Of a stretch of 64,000 nucleotides of DNA, positions 59,737 through 64,000 are shown piece after piece; position 1 is the first letter of the stretch; each line of letters starts with the position of its first letter. The stretch covers positions 2,752,001-2,816,000 of the forward strand of contig CBDCJH010000002.1 in NCBI GenBank assembly GCA_965217775.1. Reading direction: 5' to 3'. The translations under genes were made by a program, and so were the position numbers. The notes beneath the pieces were generated by a model, which worked only from the letters and a program-made list of their open reading frames with translations, did no database searches and was not told where the DNA came from. Origin of the DNA: Acidobacteriota bacterium. GTDB taxonomy: Bacteria; Acidobacteriota; UBA6911; RPQK01; JAJDTT01.

Positions 59737-61191
59737 TTATCTATCTATCTGGTGATCTATCCCGGTTAGCAGTTCGAGCTGCTGTACGGCTTCACGGAAA
59801 CCGATTTGCCCCTGTCCGCTCCGGATGGCCTGCTTGACTCTGTCGAAGATGCGTTCCGCGTGTTTACCTTCCGAAACGCGCTCCTGAATTGCGACGTCAC
59901 CGCCTCTTTCTCTAAGCTCACGGTCAGTTTGTTGCCGAGTTATGTAGTAGCCCAACAGACGGGTGCGGATGGGATCAGGCGAAAACAGCGTGGAGCCGTC
60001 GATCTCGGGCAACGACATATTGGGGATCTTATCCTCCAGAGCGGCAAGAACGATTGTACTTTCAAACTCGGCACCCCACTCTTCGTGTTGCAGGTTTTTC
60101 AGGCCCGGGTGACCGAAGATGGTTTTGACGACATCCAGATCGGTGGCCTCGCTACGGCAGAACCGATGATAAAGATCGGAGTCTATCGTCCGGAGAATCA
60201 ACGCGACCGTCGTCGCCAACTCGTAGTCATGTTGGTCACTGCGCAGTAACGCGTACAATAGTCCCAGGCGGCAGATGGCCTGACCGACGGTCCGAAGACT
60301 GAGATCGGAAGCACCGAAAAATTTCTGCAGCATCGTGCGAAGCTTCTCGCCCAACGGTGTCTTATCGAAGTAGTCGGCGATTTCTGTAGCCCGGATCTGC
60401 TCGCAAATAAACGCATCGCGGTCCGGCTCAGGCAGATAGAAGTCCACGTCAACGAATCGGCGCAAATATCCCTTAGCGTCGAAGTCACTGCCATACAGGG
60501 CTTTGACCGAGTGCGCGAGCTGGTCGAGATTGACCGCCAGCACGAAGACGATATGGTCCACGAAAAACAAGTGCTTGGCCACTTCCAGGAGTTCGACGGC
60601 ATAGGATGGACGGCACCGGTCCAGCTCATCGATGGCCACAATCAGAGGACGATTCCCGTTGGCCTCGAACAACTTCGCCGCCGTGTCCTGAAGAACGCGT
60701 TTGAACTTCGCGACCGATTTCCGGGCTTCGCGGTGTCCGGACAGCCTTTCTTCTACGTAAGACGCGGCTTTTTCGCCCAGCTTCTGGCTGGCGCCCGGAA
60801 CGGACGATGCCGCGATTCGAATAGCGATTGGAACCACCCAACAAAGGACCTTCTCTGAGGCTTCCTGGAGCTGTGTCGTTTCCCCCGATCTAATCCCATC
60901 TATCAGCTCGGTAGAGAGAGTGAAAAACGGCTCCGAGGAGAAATCGGTCTCCCAGGCGTTGATCTCAACCACTGGGAACTCCTTGTTGCGCAGGTGCTGT
61001 GTCCACATTCTGAGGAACGTGGTCTTGCCAGCACCCCACGCGGCATCGACCGCCAGGACGCAGGGACCCTCGTCGAGATTAACAACGAGGCGAGTGAGCA
61101 CCTCCGCAGGCTTCTTGCGACCGAGCAGATCGTACTTGAAGGGATCGTCCTTGGGAACTTCGACATCGCGGGGTTTTATGGGTATGCCCAT
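59737..61191 (-). CDS. KAP-family P-loop NTPase
   Basis: DLLGR, WGAGKTT, NAWETDF, IDELDRC and YLRRF motifs. Confidence 0.9.
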   Translation of the reverse strand: MGIPIKPRDVEVPKDDPFKYDLLGRKKPAEVLTRLVVNLDEGPCVLAVDAAWGAGKTTFLRMWTQHLRNKEFPVVEINAWETDFSSEPFFTLSTELIDGIRSGETTQLQEASEKVLCWVVPIAIRIAASSVPGASQKLGEKAASYVEERLSGHREARKSVAKFKRVLQDTAAKLFEANGNRPLIVAIDELDRCRPSYAVELLEVAKHLFFVDHIVFVLAVNLDQLAHSVKALYGSDFDAKGYLRRFVDVDFYLPEPDRDAFICEQIRATEIADYFDKTPLGEKLRTMLQKFFGASDLSLRTVGQAICRLGLLYALLRSDQHDYELATTVALILRTIDSDLYHRFCRSEATDLDVVKTIFGHPGLKNLQHEEWGAEFESTIVLAALEDKIPNMSLPEIDGSTLFSPDPIRTRLLGYYITRQQTDRELRERGGDVAIQERVSEGKHAERIFDRVKQAIRSGQGQIGFREAVQQLELLTGIDHQIDR

Positions 61192-61333
61192 GTTCGGTCC
61201 TTGTCAGCGGGCCACTGTATTGAGGAAATCCTAAATCTGCAAATGTTGAATCTGTGAATGGCCGCGCTGCACGTAGGAGGAGTTCCGCAGGCTCCTCTAA
61301 AAGCTCCAGATCATACCAATGCTAATATAGACG

Positions 61334-61696
61334 ATGGTACCGCTCGTGGGGGCAGTTCAGTTGATGCCCTCTGAGGTACGTATATCGGAGGGCTGGCGAT
61401 TGTCTTTATTTAAAGTGGGGGTTTCCAGAAAATCAGAACAATTGCGAAAGGTGCTCCTGAGTCTGGACAAGTTACTTGCGGATACAAAAGACAGTAAAGA
61501 CCTCGCGAGTTTCGGCAGAAAATACCCGGCACACCTGGACACCATAAAGTCTGATCTCAAGCAAGCTCGCCAGCTCTTGTACAGGGTAGTGGAGAAACTC
61601 AATTTTCCAAAGGATAAGTGGACAGGCGTGCCCGTTTCGCGTGGGCACTCACCTCGGTTGATACATCGGCGTACTACTCAACTCCCAGACTCTTGA
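61334..61696 (+). CDS. Hypothetical protein
   Basis: 120-aa ORF convergent with brxL; no recognised motif. Confidence 0.3.
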   Translation: MVPLVGAVQLMPSEVRISEGWRLSLFKVGVSRKSEQLRKVLLSLDKLLADTKDSKDLASFGRKYPAHLDTIKSDLKQARQLLYRVVEKLNFPKDKWTGVPVSRGHSPRLIHRRTTQLPDS

Positions 61697-63728
61697 ACGC
61701 CGCATCCCGGGGATCGGAGTAAAAACTGGTCTGGAACTTAGCAAATAACTCTCCGGGGATGGTTGGAATGTCCCCGACACTGGCCATCGGAAGCAGGATT
61801 CTCTTCGCGCCCGCATCAAACGCGACCTGAAGTGACCCGGCCAGATTTTCAACCGGAATAATGCTGCCGCCGAGGCTCATACTCCCCAGCACGACCATTT
61901 GCGATTGAACCGGCTTACCGAGGACGCCCGAACAAAGAGCTACAAAGGTTGTCAGAGTCATTGCCGTAGTCGGACCCGTGTTCTGAAGTTCGACGACGTG
62001 CAAGTGAAAGTTGTGATCAGCGGGTTTTGCCGAAGCACTGACCGAAGAGGCATTGGCTTTGAAATAGTCGAAGCCGACCTTGTTACTTTCCTTTGCTGTG
62101 GTATTAGACCCTAAGCCGGAAAGTGTGAGCTTTCCATTTCCAGCGGTGACCTGGGTCTCGATCCGGTAGACCCCGAGGCGCCCGCTGCTCCCGTTTGCGA
62201 TGGTGTGAAGCACGCCAGGGTTGAGCGGACCGTCAGGTATGAGGGCACCGCCACCCTGCTCAGGGACGCTAATAAAGTGTTCCTCCATCGTCTCCTGGTC
62301 GATGTAGGAAAAGTTCACATCGTAAAACTCCATCCCGCCGATCTTCTTCAGTTGCTCTTTGACCCTTCGCCGCGTCTCAAGGGCGTATTCCAGGCAGCTC
62401 CGCACGGCTTCCCTGTCGTACTCTTCGTTGGGGTACAGAAGCTTAAGCAGCCCAGAGACGGTGTGCCTGACCGCAATGGTGTCCCGCTGATTCAGGTCCC
62501 GGCCGAGTGTGAAGTATTTGTTGATCGCATCGCCGAAGTTTCGCTTGCGCATCTCGCGGAAAAATGCCGCCAGATAATCGACGATCAGCCCATACTGGTT
62601 CGTGAAAAACTCCGGCCGCATCTTCGGAATCTCCCATCCCGGAATATAGGCATGGAAGCGGTCGAAGAATGCGGCGTCGATCATGGCCTCCGGAAACGGT
62701 GCCAGGAGATGGCTGGTCTTGACCAACGTGTCTACGGGCTGGTTGATGTTGCCGGCAAAGACCATTGACGCATCAGCGTTCACCGGGTCGCGACCCCGCG
62801 CGAATGATCCGGAGGCCATATAGTCCTTCATGATCTGGACGCCGGCATTGTCCTTGAAGCTGATTCCGGCGACCTCGTCGAAGGCCACTACATCATAGAG
62901 CCCGACCAGCCCCACGGTTCGGCGGGCAAGGTTGTAAAACAGGTTTGCAACGGTGGTTTGCCCCCCCGAGACAAGGATACTGTTCGGACTGATTTCTTTG
63001 TAGAGATGGCTCTTTCCGGTTCCCCTCGGACCCAACTCGCAGACGTTGTAGTTGTTCTCCACCAGCGGTACAAGACGGCACAGCAGGTGCCACTTCGCAC
63101 GATCATCGAACTGGGTCGGATCAAATCCGCAGGAACGCAGCAACACATCAATCCATTGCGCCTCGGTAAACTGACGCCTCCCGGTAAACAGCTCTTCCAT
63201 ATCCATGTTCGGCATCTGGATTGGATTGAGCGAATCGATAATGAAAGGCGACCCCTTTTGCCCCTCCTCAAAAAAATAGTGCATCGTAATGATCGACCAG
63301 ATCCCGCCAGCCAGTAACTTCTCATATTTCCTGACCGTCTCCGTACCGATTTCGACGCCCTTCGTTCCCAGGTTCGACAATAGCGCCTCGTAGACATCCC
63401 GCTTTTCATTCAGCTTGACGGTCGCCTTATCAATGACCTTCAAACCGCCTCGCTCACGGATGGTGGATTTCACCTTTTCGGCCTCGTCGGGCCGAACGTA
63501 GTTTTCGGCGAGGATCCGCTTCACTGTTGCCAATCCGTCCTCGATCACGACCGGGTCATTGGAGGCGCAGTAGATACCCAGAAGATACTCGAGGACATAG
63601 ACGGGAACGTTTGCGCCTTCCTTGATCAGCTGGGTCAGGTCCTTACGAACGACTCGGCCAGCGAAATGCGAATTGAGCAGATCGTCGAGGCTAGGATCGG
63701 TTTGGACAGTTTCAAAAGTCGAAGTCAT
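61674..63728 (-). CDS. brxL: BREX Lon-like protease/AAA+ protein
   Basis: GRVVRKDL, VPVYVLEYLLG, ELGPRGTGKSH, FDEV and a Lon-like C-terminus. Confidence 0.95.
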   Translation of the reverse strand: MTSTFETVQTDPSLDDLLNSHFAGRVVRKDLTQLIKEGANVPVYVLEYLLGIYCASNDPVVIEDGLATVKRILAENYVRPDEAEKVKSTIRERGGLKVIDKATVKLNEKRDVYEALLSNLGTKGVEIGTETVRKYEKLLAGGIWSIITMHYFFEEGQKGSPFIIDSLNPIQMPNMDMEELFTGRRQFTEAQWIDVLLRSCGFDPTQFDDRAKWHLLCRLVPLVENNYNVCELGPRGTGKSHLYKEISPNSILVSGGQTTVANLFYNLARRTVGLVGLYDVVAFDEVAGISFKDNAGVQIMKDYMASGSFARGRDPVNADASMVFAGNINQPVDTLVKTSHLLAPFPEAMIDAAFFDRFHAYIPGWEIPKMRPEFFTNQYGLIVDYLAAFFREMRKRNFGDAINKYFTLGRDLNQRDTIAVRHTVSGLLKLLYPNEEYDREAVRSCLEYALETRRRVKEQLKKIGGMEFYDVNFSYIDQETMEEHFISVPEQGGGALIPDGPLNPGVLHTIANGSSGRLGVYRIETQVTAGNGKLTLSGLGSNTTAKESNKVGFDYFKANASSVSASAKPADHNFHLHVVELQNTGPTTAMTLTTFVALCSGVLGKPVQSQMVVLGSMSLGGSIIPVENLAGSLQVAFDAGAKRILLPMASVGDIPTIPGELFAKFQTSFYSDPRDAAFKSLGVE

Positions 63729-64000
63729 CGATAATAGCTCTGTCGACAATAACGTTGAAGCTCCCCTGCTCGATGCCGGTGCCAGCATCCCGGAGAACCA
63801 GCCGGTATGGCGTATTTTTGTCGTACGGTCTGTCTCGCAAGGTCAGGATCACACGCTTCTGCCGCTCATCGAGGTTTGAGGACGTACTGTCAAATCTCAC
63901 CGATGCGATGGTGGTGACGGGCTCATCGCCTTCGTACACGGCAATTTTGAGTGTCACGGCCTTGACCCTCTCACTCACCGGCTCCATCTGCAACAGGTTG
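63712..64000 (-). CDS. pglZ: BREX PglZ C-terminus (partial, continues beyond the window)
   Basis: Directly upstream of and overlapping brxL; EPVSE...YRLVLRD...DRAIIDDF tail. Confidence 0.75.
   Translation of the reverse strand, partial: NLLQMEPVSERVKAVTLKIAVYEGDEPVTTIASVRFDSTSSNLDERQKRVILTLRDRPYDKNTPYRLVLRDAGTGIEQGSFNVIVDRAIIDDFDF

Noticed and set aside
1-64000. Retron, DGR or other reverse-transcriptase system explaining the diverged repeats
   Set aside because: No RT motif was seen in any ORF, and the differences between copies are not obviously adenine-specific.

Overview
GC-rich bacterial accessory region with no intact housekeeping, rRNA, full tRNA or CRISPR loci. An Acidobacteria-like host is inferred from a bamD-like fragment. 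Bases 1-30 kb are a mosaic of diverged repeated modules: sodium:solute symporter, inositol-dehydrogenase-like gene, sialidase-fold gene, amidohydrolase, BrnT/BrnA and many toxin-antitoxin (TA) remnants. Their junctions fall on short REP-like palindromes. The strongest novel candidate is a family of small tyrosine-integrase elements that integrate into the loop of REP hairpins. One copy with both ends (19585-24136) has an 11-bp direct repeat, GACTGGAAGTC. Rejoining its flanks restores a perfect hairpin, GGGCGAC-TGGAA-GTCGCCC. The element side of the att site is a tRNA 5' half whose anticodon arm the REP mimics. Two further partial copies and an empty homologous site lie in the same window. Bases 30-64 kb are a decayed defence island: Sir2-HerA in the hsdS slot of a type I RM remnant, a GIY-YIG nuclease, two NucS-like genes, a TM-macro fragment, a KAP NTPase and BREX pglZ-brxL. 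It also holds many IS elements and a RIT recombinase trio nested in IS1380. All product calls come from motif recognition, not database searches.
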